NCBI GenBank assembly: GCA_964293125.1
Contig: CAXYXY010000011.1
Coordinates: forward strand, 16,171 to 48,170
Length of the DNA: 32,000 nucleotides
Source: an uncultured Thiothrix sp.
Lineage (GTDB): Bacteria; Pseudomonadota; Gammaproteobacteria; Thiotrichales; Thiotrichaceae
Direction of reading: 5' to 3'
Under the pieces are notes generated by a model. It saw only the letters and a list, made by a program, of their open reading frames with translations. It ran no database searches and was not told where the DNA came from. Positions 1 to 7,644 of this stretch are shown piece after piece. The stretch's first letter is position 1; each line of letters begins with the position of its first letter. The position numbers and the translations under genes were made by a program.

Positions 1-266
1 TTCAGGCTGGATAAATAAGATACCCAGTAAATGCTGTCTTCCAGCAGGAAGGTAAAGCTTTCAAAATCAAGTTGTTGGATAAAGGCCATGAAGCCTGTCC
101 AGCCAGCGGCCAAATCTAACGTCGGCGTATAAGGTGGCAGGCTGTTGGCAAAATCCGATAAAGCGATTTTCAGAACGATGCCGAACGGCAGGAGAAAAAA
201 TACCAGGAGCCAGATGAACGGGATGCCGATCAGCATGACCCTTCCCCAATCAATTTCCTGTTTCAT
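1..266 (-). CDS. potH: Putrescine ABC transporter permease, N-terminal part (gene runs off the left edge)
   Basis: Absent from the ORF track because it has no in-window stop. Reading the minus strand from the ATG at 266 (GGAGG 6 nt upstream, overlapping the potG stop) gives MKQEIDWGRVMLIGIPFIWLLVFFLLPFGIVLKIALSDFANSLPPYTP... This hydrophobic TM1 plus LPPYT segment closely resembles the PotH/PotB N-terminus. Gene order is potF-potG-potH. Confidence 0.7.
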   Translation of the reverse strand, partial: MKQEIDWGRVMLIGIPFIWLLVFFLLPFGIVLKIALSDFANSLPPYTPTLDLAAGWTGFMAFIQQLDFESFTFLLEDSIYWVSYLSSL

Positions 267-276
267 GGTCAGCCTC

Positions 277-1416
277 CTAACGGGTGAGTGGCAGAGCAGC
301 AGTAAAACTCCATGACAGCCATACCCGGTCAGACCAAGTAATCTCGCGGTTACTCAGGCGGCGGTGATTGGCCATTTTTGCCTTGATGGTGGTGCCATCA
401 TCAAGACGTATATGATAAGTAGAGGTATCACCGGAATAGGCAATATCCCAGATCTCGCCCTGCAAGGCATTCACTGTCTCATCGGGCTGCTCTTTGCTGA
501 CGGCAATTTTCTCCGGGCGAATCGCCAGCCAAAGCTTGTCATTCACCTTTAACGGCATGTCGGTATCCAGGCGTAACAGTGTGCCTGTCTGGCTGCGTAA
601 TTGCTTCTGGCGGCCATCGACAGCCGTCACCACACACTCCAGAAAATTGACATCGCCGATGAAGTCCGCGACATAACGTGAGTTGGGGGCTTCGTAAATA
701 TCGGCGGGGGTGTCGACCTGCACCACCCGCCCTTTGTTCATGACGGCAATGCGGCTGGCGACGGTCATCGCCTCTTCCTGATCGTGGGTCACGATCATAA
801 AGGTAAGCCCCAGCTTTTCCTGCAAATCCATCAGTTCAAACTGGGTTTGTTCACGCAGTTTTTTGTCGAGTGCACCCAAGGGTTCGTCCAGCAGCAGCAG
901 GCGTGGGCTTTTGGCCAGTGAACGCGCCAGTGCCACCCGTTGCCGTTGCCCACCGGACAACTGATGCGGCTTGCGGCTGGCAAACTCTTCCAGTTGTACC
1001 AGCTTTAACATTTCATCCACCCGTTGCTTGATGGCAGCGGCGTTTCTTCCTTCCTGTTTCAGGCCAAAGCCAATGTTCTTTTCCACCGTCATGTGCGGGA
1101 ATAGCGCATAAGACTGAAACATCATGTTAATCGGGCGTTTGTTCGGCGGGACATGGCTGATGTCCTTGCCGTCGATCAGGATGCGCCCGCTGGTCGGTTT
1201 TTCAAACCCGGCCAGCAGGCGCAGCATGGTGGTTTTGCCACAGCCGGAAGGTCCCAGTAAGGCGTAAAATTCACGTTCGTAAATATCGAGTGATAAATTA
1301 TCCAGCGCAGTAAACGCGCCATAGCGCTTGGTAACATTCTCGAATTGAATCAAGGGCTTCTGGGTTTTTTTCAGCCAGGGTGCAAAGACCTTGCGCTGTT
1401 CCGGTGTGTCCGCCAT
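277..1416 (-). CDS. potG: Putrescine/spermidine ABC transporter ATP-binding protein
   Basis: 379 aa. Walker A GPSGCGKTT, ABC signature LSGGQRQRVALARSL, Walker B LLLLDEP, H-loop VTHDQEEA. Long stretches such as RPINMMFQSYALFPHMTV match my memory of E. coli PotG. Lies between potF and potH. Confidence 0.9.
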   Translation of the reverse strand: MADTPEQRKVFAPWLKKTQKPLIQFENVTKRYGAFTALDNLSLDIYEREFYALLGPSGCGKTTMLRLLAGFEKPTSGRILIDGKDISHVPPNKRPINMMFQSYALFPHMTVEKNIGFGLKQEGRNAAAIKQRVDEMLKLVQLEEFASRKPHQLSGGQRQRVALARSLAKSPRLLLLDEPLGALDKKLREQTQFELMDLQEKLGLTFMIVTHDQEEAMTVASRIAVMNKGRVVQVDTPADIYEAPNSRYVADFIGDVNFLECVVTAVDGRQKQLRSQTGTLLRLDTDMPLKVNDKLWLAIRPEKIAVSKEQPDETVNALQGEIWDIAYSGDTSTYHIRLDDGTTIKAKMANHRRLSNREITWSDRVWLSWSFTAALPLTR

Positions 1417-1492
1417 ACCAACCTCCTTTGTTTAACTAACGATTAACGCTATCAGATCCGTTCAGGTGAACTCTGTCCAGGCCAGTATCGCT

Positions 1493-2605
1493 TTATTGGC
1501 CAGTTTTGATCCTTGTCCATGAACGATTGACCAGCCGCTGTGCCTTGGCATCATAGGGTTGCATGGTGTAGAGGCGCGCCAGGGTTTTTTCACCCGGATA
1601 AATCGCCTTGTTGTCCAGCAGGGTCTTGTCGACAAATTCCTGGGAGGCCTTGTTACCGTTGGCATAGGCGACAAAATTAGTCACCTTGGCAATCACCTCA
1701 GGTTCCATAATGTAATTCAGGAACAGGTAGGCTTCTTCGGTATTTTTCGCATCTTTGGGCATGGCCATCATGTCAAACCACATCTGCGCCCCTTCTTTCG
1801 GAATGGCGTATTCTACGGTCACACCGTTTTTGGCTTCTTCAGCCCGGGATTTTGCCTGGAAAATATCGCCGGAAAAACCGACTGCGACACAGATATCACC
1901 GTTTGCCAGTGCAGAAATGTACTCGGATGAATGGAATTTCTTGATGTAAGGACGCACCTTGTCCATCAATGCTTCTACTTTGGCGAGACTTTCTTTGGAG
2001 GTATCCTGATGATCCAGACCCAAATAAACCAAAGCTGAAGGAATGATTTCACTCGGTGCATCCAGCACGTGGATGCCGCATGTGGCGAGCTTGCTGGCAA
2101 TTTCCGGGTTAAAAATCATCTCCCAGGAGTCAACCGGTGCATTCGGCAGAATGGCTTCTACCTTTTCTTTGGAATAACCAATGCCGGTGGTGCCCCACAG
2201 GTAATTGATGGAATGCTTGTTGTCTTTGTCATAGGTGGCGGTGCGGGTCAGCACGACATCCCACATGTTTTTCAGGTTAGGCAGCTTGCTTTGATCCAGT
2301 TCCTGGAAGGCACCGGCTTCAATCTGACGGTTGAGGAAGTAGGCACTGGGCACAACCAGGTCATAACCGGAAGAACCGGCCAGCAATTTGGTCTCAAGCA
2401 CTTCGTTGCTGTCGAACACATCGTAGTTGACCTTAATCCCGTTCTTTTCTTCAAAGTCCTTGATCACAGATTCATCGATATAATCCGACCAGTTATAGAT
2501 GTTTAGCGTTCTGTCTGCGGCTTGCGCCAGTGGTGTGGCCAAGGTGACGCCCGCTACCAAGACCGAGACAGCCAGTTGCTTTACCTGCGTTTTAATGTCG
2601 CCCAT
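1493..2605 (-). CDS. potF: Periplasmic putrescine-binding protein (PotF/SpuD family)
   Basis: 370 aa. Signal peptide ends in AQA-AD. LNIYNWSDYI and the rest of the sequence are typical of PotD/PotF family binding proteins. GGAG RBS upstream of the ATG at 2605. Confidence 0.9.
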   Translation of the reverse strand: MGDIKTQVKQLAVSVLVAGVTLATPLAQAADRTLNIYNWSDYIDESVIKDFEEKNGIKVNYDVFDSNEVLETKLLAGSSGYDLVVPSAYFLNRQIEAGAFQELDQSKLPNLKNMWDVVLTRTATYDKDNKHSINYLWGTTGIGYSKEKVEAILPNAPVDSWEMIFNPEIASKLATCGIHVLDAPSEIIPSALVYLGLDHQDTSKESLAKVEALMDKVRPYIKKFHSSEYISALANGDICVAVGFSGDIFQAKSRAEEAKNGVTVEYAIPKEGAQMWFDMMAMPKDAKNTEEAYLFLNYIMEPEVIAKVTNFVAYANGNKASQEFVDKTLLDNKAIYPGEKTLARLYTMQPYDAKAQRLVNRSWTRIKTGQ

Positions 2606-2626
2606 TGTGATCTCCTTCTGAATAAG

Positions 2627-2647
2627 TTGTCTCTATTATAGAGACAA
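2627..2647. promoter_or_regulatory. Perfect 21-bp palindrome TTGTCTCTAT-T-ATAGAGACAA in the potF leader (candidate operator or RNA hairpin)
   Basis: Read directly. The 10-nt arms are exact reverse complements around one central base. It lies 22 nt upstream of the potF start codon, downstream of the predicted potF promoter. Confidence 0.45.
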
Positions 2648-2652
2648 GCAGC

Positions 2653-2681
2653 ATTTTGTATTAAGCATTTTTTTATGTCAA
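2653..2681 (-). promoter_or_regulatory. Putative sigma70 promoter of potFGH (TTGACA-N17-CAAAAT on the minus strand)
   Basis: Minus strand reads TTGACA (2681-2676), a 17-nt spacer, then CAAAAT (2658-2653). It has the same hexamers and spacing as the divergent puuA promoter. Sequence-only prediction. Confidence 0.3.
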
Positions 2682-2685
2682 ATTT

Positions 2686-2697
2686 TGTGATCACATC
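2686..2697. promoter_or_regulatory. Copy 1 of repeated motif TGTGATCACATC (palindromic core TGTGATCACA), next to the potF -35
   Basis: Exact 12-mer shared with 2830-2841. The core is a perfect 10-bp palindrome. Candidate binding site for a dimeric regulator. Confidence 0.4.
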
Positions 2698-2801
2698 GAA
2701 CAAGCTTTTATCCGCCTACTGGGTGAGTAAAGCGTTGTTTAAAAGGCTGCACTAAAGTTTCAGCTGGTTCTTCTTACCTAATAACCTTCTCTTTTGCCTA
2801 A

Positions 2802-2830
2802 TTGACATTTATCTGCCAAGGCGACAAAAT
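2802..2830 (+). promoter_or_regulatory. Putative sigma70 promoter of the puuA-spuC-puuB operon (TTGACA-N17-CAAAAT)
   Basis: TTGACA at 2802-2807, 17-nt spacer, CAAAAT at 2825-2830. It is followed immediately by the second TGTGATCACATC copy, a repressor-like position. Confidence 0.35.
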
Positions 2831-2841
2831 GTGATCACATC
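2830..2841. promoter_or_regulatory. Copy 2 of repeated motif TGTGATCACATC, overlapping the puuA -10/+1 region
   Basis: Exact 12-mer repeat of 2686-2697, 144 bp away. It overlaps the GTG that the ORF track used as a start (2831), which argues for the downstream ATG at 2885 as the true start. Confidence 0.4.
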
Positions 2842-2884
2842 CAATGATAACTTCGCCGAAAAACCAACACTTAAGCGTGTAACC

Positions 2885-4261
2885 ATGACCGATCCAAATG
2901 CTTATATTGCCTTGCAGTCCCATTCGCAGGAGGATTTGAAGAAGCTCCTGCGCCGTTACCAAATCGATGAAGTCGAATGTGTCGTAGCTGACATTCATGG
3001 CGTTGCCCGTGGCAAGGTGATGCCAGCGGTGCGCTTTGGCGAGTTGCAGCCTGTTTTCCTACCCTTCAGTATTTTCTTTCAGAGTATCACCGGACGTTAC
3101 TTCGAGTTTGATTCTGAAGATTACGATACCGACATCGATGTCAAACTGGTTCCCGACTTATCAACCTTGCGGGCACTGCCGTGGGCGCGTCACCCGAGTT
3201 TGATGGTGATTCACGACATGTATTATCAGGATGGCAGCCCGATTGCCTGTGCCCCGCGCAATGTATTACGCCGCCTGATTGAGCTGTATGCCGCGCAGGG
3301 TTGGAAGGCGATTGTCGCGCCTGAACTGGAATTTTATCTGACCGAACGCAACATTGACCCCGATACCCCCCTGACACCACCGGCAGGACGCTCCGGGCGG
3401 CAAAGTGTTGGGCGGCAGGCTTTTTCGATGATGGCGCTGGATGAATACGAGCCGGTGATTGAAGATATTTACAAGTTTGCCGAGGCGCAAGGGCTGGAAA
3501 TAAACACCATCATTCAGGAAGGGGGGCCTGCCCAGTTGGAAATTAACCTGATGCACGGTGACCCGCTGGCGCTGGCGGATCAGGTATTTGTGTTCAAACG
3601 CCTGATCCGAGAAGCCGCGATGCGGCATAACTGTTATGCCACTTTTATGGCCAAGCCGATGCAAAACCAGCCCGGCAGCGCCATGCACATTCACCAGAGT
3701 GTGGTGGATGCCAAAACGGGCAAGAACCTGTTTAGTGATGAGAAAGGTGAGCCGTCAGAACTGTTCTATCATTTTATCGGTGGCCAGCAGACTTATCTGG
3801 AGCCAGCGACCTGCATCATGGCGCCTTATGTGAATTCGTTCCGCCGCCTGATGCCGGGTGACTCGGCCCCGATCAATCTGGAGTGGTCAATCGACAACCG
3901 TTCTGCCGGTTTGCGCGTGCCCAACAGTAGCCCGGAAGCCCGCCGGGTGGAAAACCGGATTGCGGGGATGGATACCAACCCCTATCTTGCTATCGCCGCC
4001 AGTCTGGCTACCGGTTATTTGGGCATGACCCAGCAGATTCAGCCCACGGCGGAATTCCACGGGAACGCCCACGAAGCCAACTATGGCTTACCGCGTGGCT
4101 TGCAGGAGGCGGTGGTGGCCTTTGATGAATGTGATGCTTTACAGGATTTGCTGGGTCGCCAGTTTTCCGAGATTTACAAAGCACTCAAGGGCTGTGAGTT
4201 TGAAGAATACATGCAAGTGGTCAGCCCCTGGGAGCGTGAACACCTGCTATTAACGGTCTAA
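2885..4261 (+). CDS. puuA: Glutamine synthetase family protein, gamma-glutamylputrescine/polyamine synthetase-like
   Basis: GS catalytic-domain hallmarks are present (PELEFYL, NxxQxEGGPAQLEIN, KPMxxxPGSAMHIHQS, NRSAGLRVP, ENRIAGMDTNPYLA). No adenylylation loop region was recognised. Sits beside spuC/puuB-like genes. Start set at ATG 2885 (458 aa); the track ORF begins at GTG 2831. Confidence 0.85.
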   Translation: MTDPNAYIALQSHSQEDLKKLLRRYQIDEVECVVADIHGVARGKVMPAVRFGELQPVFLPFSIFFQSITGRYFEFDSEDYDTDIDVKLVPDLSTLRALPWARHPSLMVIHDMYYQDGSPIACAPRNVLRRLIELYAAQGWKAIVAPELEFYLTERNIDPDTPLTPPAGRSGRQSVGRQAFSMMALDEYEPVIEDIYKFAEAQGLEINTIIQEGGPAQLEINLMHGDPLALADQVFVFKRLIREAAMRHNCYATFMAKPMQNQPGSAMHIHQSVVDAKTGKNLFSDEKGEPSELFYHFIGGQQTYLEPATCIMAPYVNSFRRLMPGDSAPINLEWSIDNRSAGLRVPNSSPEARRVENRIAGMDTNPYLAIAASLATGYLGMTQQIQPTAEFHGNAHEANYGLPRGLQEAVVAFDECDALQDLLGRQFSEIYKALKGCEFEEYMQVVSPWEREHLLLTV

Positions 4262-4271
4262 AGGAGACAGC

Positions 4272-5645
4272 ATGAAGCACACCGAACAGCAGGCACTGGA
4301 TGCCGCTCACCACATTCATCCTTTCACGGATAGCCAACAGCTGAATGCCAAGGGTGCGCGCGTCATTACCCACGCCGGGGGTGTCTATGTACACGATGCA
4401 GCGGGTGAAAAGATTCTGGATGGCATGGCGGGTTTATGGTGTATGACGGTTGGCTATGGGCGGGACGAAATAGTCGATGCAGTCGCTGCCCAACTGCGTG
4501 AGCTGCCTTATTACAATACTTTTTTCCAGACCACCCACCTACCGGCAGCGAAACTGGCAGCACGGCTGGCTGAAGTCGCTCCGGCGCATATCAATCATGT
4601 GTTTTTTACCGGCTCCGGTTCAGATGCGAATGACACGATTCTGCGCATGGTGCGCCATTACTGGGTGATCCAGGGACAGCCGGAACGGCAGGTGATTATT
4701 GGCCGCAAGAATGCCTATCACGGTTCGACGGTGGCGGGTGCCAGTCTGGGCGGGATGGGCGCTTTGCACAAACAGGGCGGTTTGCCGATTCCCGGTATTG
4801 ATCACATCAACCAGCCCTACTGGTATGGCGAAGGGGGTGACAGTGACCCGGAAGCCTTTGGGCTGGCGCGCGCCCGTGAGCTGGAAGCAAAAATTCTGGA
4901 ACTGGGCGCAGACAAGGTAGCCGCTTTTATCGGTGAGCCGATTCAGGGGGCGGGTGGCGTGGTGATTCCACCGGCCAGTTATTGGCCAGAGATTCAGCGC
5001 ATTTGTCGCCAGTACGGGATTTTGCTGATTGCGGATGAAGTGATCACCGGCTTTGGGCGCACGGGTGAATGGTTTGGGGCGGATTATTACGGGATTGAGC
5101 CGGATCTGATGACGATTGCCAAGGGGCTGACTTCTGGTTACATCCCGATGGGCGGTGTACTGGTCGCGGATCATGTGGCCGAAGTGCTGCGGGAAGGCGG
5201 CGAGTTTTTTCACGGGTATACCTATTCCGGGCATCCGGCGGGCTGTGCGGCGGCGTTGAGCGTGCTGGATATTATGCAACGTGAGCGTTTGGTCGAACGC
5301 GTGCGTACTGATATCGGGCCTTACCTGCGGGAACGCTGGTTAAAGCTGGCCGAACACCCTTTGATCGGTGAAGCGCGGATGGTGGGTCTGCTAGGGGGGA
5401 TGGAGTTGACCCCGGACAAGGCCAAACGCGCTCCTTTTGCGGCGGAAAAAGGCACGGTCGGTTTGATGTGCCGTGAGAACAGTTTTAACAATGGCCTGAT
5501 CATGCGTCACGTCGGTGACACGATGATTATTGCCCCGCCACTGGTGATCAGTTATGCCGAGGTGGATGAGCTGATTGCCAAGGCCACATTGACCCTCGAT
5601 CAAACCTATGCTCAGGCACGACAGGCCGGGCATATCCCCGCATAA
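4272..5645 (+). CDS. spuC: Class III PLP aminotransferase, putrescine-pyruvate aminotransferase-like
   Basis: 457 aa. Shows aminotransferase class III features (SGSDANDT, LLIADEVITGFGRTG, the PLP-lysine context TIAKGLTSGY, and YSGHP). AGGAG RBS 6 nt upstream of the ATG. Polyamine gene context. Confidence 0.85.
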   Translation: MKHTEQQALDAAHHIHPFTDSQQLNAKGARVITHAGGVYVHDAAGEKILDGMAGLWCMTVGYGRDEIVDAVAAQLRELPYYNTFFQTTHLPAAKLAARLAEVAPAHINHVFFTGSGSDANDTILRMVRHYWVIQGQPERQVIIGRKNAYHGSTVAGASLGGMGALHKQGGLPIPGIDHINQPYWYGEGGDSDPEAFGLARARELEAKILELGADKVAAFIGEPIQGAGGVVIPPASYWPEIQRICRQYGILLIADEVITGFGRTGEWFGADYYGIEPDLMTIAKGLTSGYIPMGGVLVADHVAEVLREGGEFFHGYTYSGHPAGCAAALSVLDIMQRERLVERVRTDIGPYLRERWLKLAEHPLIGEARMVGLLGGMELTPDKAKRAPFAAEKGTVGLMCRENSFNNGLIMRHVGDTMIIAPPLVISYAEVDELIAKATLTLDQTYAQARQAGHIPA

Positions 5646-5659
5646 ATTCGGGTGAAAAA

Positions 5660-5681
5660 CGAGTGAGAAACGAGTGAGAAA
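5660..5681. repeat. Tandem 11-bp direct repeat (CGAGTGAGAAA x2) spanning the puuB start codon
   Basis: Read directly: ggtgaaaaa-CGAGTGAGAAA-CGAGTGAGAAA-cgg. The GTG at 5674 used as the puuB start lies in copy 2. The GTG in copy 1 is out of frame. Confidence 0.6.
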
Positions 5682-6981
5682 CGGCTTCCTCTATGGCAAT
5701 GACCCGCCGGGGCAATACCCGCCCTCCTGGTATGCAGCCACGGCCAACAGCCTGCCGCCTTTCCCGGCACAAGGGGGCGAGGAACGGGCGGATGTCTGCA
5801 TCATCGGTGGCGGGTATACCGGTTTGTCGGCAGCCTTGCATCTGGCGGTGGCGGGTTACAAAGTCATTGTGCTGGAAGCGCATCGGGTGGGCTGGGGAGC
5901 ATCCGGGCGTAATGGCGGACAGGTCGGCACGGGTCTGAACAAGGATCAGGCCGAGCTGGAGGCTCGTTTTGGTAAAACCCAGGCACACGCACTCTGGGAT
6001 TTGTCGCAGGAAGCCGTGCAGCTGTGCAAAGACCTGATTCAGAAACACGCCATCGATTGTGACCTGCAAACCGGGATTATCCATGCTGATCACCGGGCGC
6101 GTTTTGTGGCGGATAGCCAGGCGTTTGTGCATAAGCTACAAACGGATTACCAGTATGATCAGGTGAGTTTTCTGGATCAGGCGGCGCTGCGGCGTGAAGT
6201 GGACTCACCCGCTTATTACGGGGGTACGCTTGATTTGGGGGCGGCACACCTGCACCCGCTGAATTATGCCTTGGGTTTGGCCAAAGCGGCGCAGGCGGCG
6301 GGCGCTATTATCTACGAACAATCGCCGGTCGTGAGTTATCAGGCCGGAGAGCCGGTGACGGTCAAGCTGGCAGAGGGGCGTGTGAGCGCGAATTACCTGT
6401 TGTTGGCCTGTAATGGTTATCTGGATGGGCTGGAGCCAAAAATTGCGGCGCGGGTGATGCCCATCAACAATTACATCGTGGCCACCGAACCGCTGCCTGC
6501 TGCCACAGCGCGTGCCTTGATCCGTAACCGGTATGCGGTGGCGGATTCGCGCTTTGTGGTCAGTTATTTTCGCTTAAGTGCCGACCAGCGTTTGCTGTTT
6601 GGCGGGGGCGAGAATTACAGTTTCGACTTCCCGGCAGATATATCGGCCTTGGTGCGCCCGCGTCTGCTCGCGACTTTCCCGCAACTGGCAGCGGTCAAGC
6701 TGGCGTATGCCTGGGGCGGAACGCTGGCCGTCACCGCCAATCGTTTGCCGCATTTTACCCGCTTGGGGGCGAATGTGTTGTCGGCCAGTGGCTATTCCGG
6801 GCATGGGGTGGCGACTGCGACCCTGGCCGGTAAACTGATGAGCGAGGTGGTGGCGGGGACGCTGGAACGCTTTGAGGTGATGGCCAAAATTCCGTCTTAT
6901 CCGTTCCCCGGCGGGACTTTGTTGCGCTGGCCGCTGTTGGTCATGGCGATGATGTACTATTCTCTCAGGGATAAATTATAA
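5674..6981 (+). CDS. puuB: FAD-dependent oxidoreductase, gamma-glutamylputrescine oxidase-like
   Basis: 435 aa. The N-terminal dinucleotide fold DVCIIGGGYTGLSAALHLA followed by GWGASGRNGGQ fits the DAO family, and the N-terminus aligns by eye with E. coli PuuB. GTG is the first in-frame start after a stop. Confidence 0.8.
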   Translation: MRNGFLYGNDPPGQYPPSWYAATANSLPPFPAQGGEERADVCIIGGGYTGLSAALHLAVAGYKVIVLEAHRVGWGASGRNGGQVGTGLNKDQAELEARFGKTQAHALWDLSQEAVQLCKDLIQKHAIDCDLQTGIIHADHRARFVADSQAFVHKLQTDYQYDQVSFLDQAALRREVDSPAYYGGTLDLGAAHLHPLNYALGLAKAAQAAGAIIYEQSPVVSYQAGEPVTVKLAEGRVSANYLLLACNGYLDGLEPKIAARVMPINNYIVATEPLPAATARALIRNRYAVADSRFVVSYFRLSADQRLLFGGGENYSFDFPADISALVRPRLLATFPQLAAVKLAYAWGGTLAVTANRLPHFTRLGANVLSASGYSGHGVATATLAGKLMSEVVAGTLERFEVMAKIPSYPFPGGTLLRWPLLVMAMMYYSLRDKL

Positions 6982-7000
6982 AAAACCGGAGATGACGATT

Positions 7001-7582
7001 ATGCAAACAATTATGCACATTAACTCACAGTGGTCACAGGATGCTTATGTCAAAGCCTGGGACTTCGCGACCCTCGCGCATCATGGGCAATATTATTCCA
7101 CGCCTCAAGCCGGGGTGAAACTCGATTACATTAATCATATCGGTGCCGTCGCGATGGAATTAATGGCCGCACTCGCCGCGAGTGCGACGGATACCTGTCA
7201 GGCAAATCTGGCGTTGCAGTGTGCCCTGTTGCATGACGTGCTCGAAGATACTGAGCATACGCATGCCGAACTGATGGCCGAATTTGGTCAGGCCGTTGCC
7301 GATGGCGTGCAGGCTTTGAGCAAGAATCCGAAGCTGCCGAAAGACCAGCAAATGGCCGACTCGCTGGCCAGAATCTGTCAGCAGCCCAAAGCAGTCTGGA
7401 TGGTGAAACTCGCCGACCGGATTAATAATCTATCCACACCGCCCTATTATTGGACGCTACAGAAAAAGAGGGCGTATCAGGAGGAGGCGCGATTGATTCA
7501 TGAGCATTTGCACACCGCGAATGCGTTTCTGGCGGCGCGGTTACAGATGAAAATTGATGGGTATGAGCGGTATTTTGGGTAG
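7001..7582 (+). CDS. HD-domain protein of the RelA/SpoT hydrolase type (small alarmone hydrolase-like)
   Basis: Motifs HHGQ, INHIGAV, ALLHDVLEDT and KLADRINNL match the (p)ppGpp-hydrolase HD fold. There is no synthetase domain. Start set at ATG 7001 (GGAG 9 nt upstream); the track ORF starts at 6992. Confidence 0.75.
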   Translation: MQTIMHINSQWSQDAYVKAWDFATLAHHGQYYSTPQAGVKLDYINHIGAVAMELMAALAASATDTCQANLALQCALLHDVLEDTEHTHAELMAEFGQAVADGVQALSKNPKLPKDQQMADSLARICQQPKAVWMVKLADRINNLSTPPYYWTLQKKRAYQEEARLIHEHLHTANAFLAARLQMKIDGYERYFG

Positions 7583-7614
7583 CGCATGTTTTCGGCTGGC
7601 ATAGGGGGTATAGA

Positions 7615-7644
7615 TAGAGAGCCTCTTAATTTTAGGACTCTCTA
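7615..7644. terminator. Weak hairpin between convergent HD gene and brxL (TAGAGAG-N16-CTCTCTA)
   Basis: 7-bp inverted repeat read directly. It overlaps the brxL stop codon and the loop is AT-rich. No clear U-tract, so this call is weak. Confidence 0.2.

Noticed and set aside
67-249. 60-aa minus-strand ORF from the track at the left edge.
   Set aside because: It is in the wrong frame. The real coding frame here is the potH N-terminus starting at 266, which the track omitted because it has no in-window stop.
2686-2695. TGTGATCACA as a CRP/cAMP receptor site.
   Set aside because: The CRP consensus is TGTGA-N6-TCACA. Here the half-sites abut with no spacer, so a CRP-type dimer would not fit. 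I kept it as an unknown-regulator motif instead.
7627-7635. Shared 9-mer TAATTTTAG at the left BREX junction and, in inverted orientation, at the right junction (23679-23687) as possible island terminal inverted repeats.
   Set aside because: - It is only 9 nt, AT-rich, and was found post hoc.
- By a rough estimate, a chance match between two ~50-nt junctions is a few percent or more.
- Both copies overlap stop-codon regions, and no recombinase gene is nearby.
- It is worth only a comparative-genomics look.
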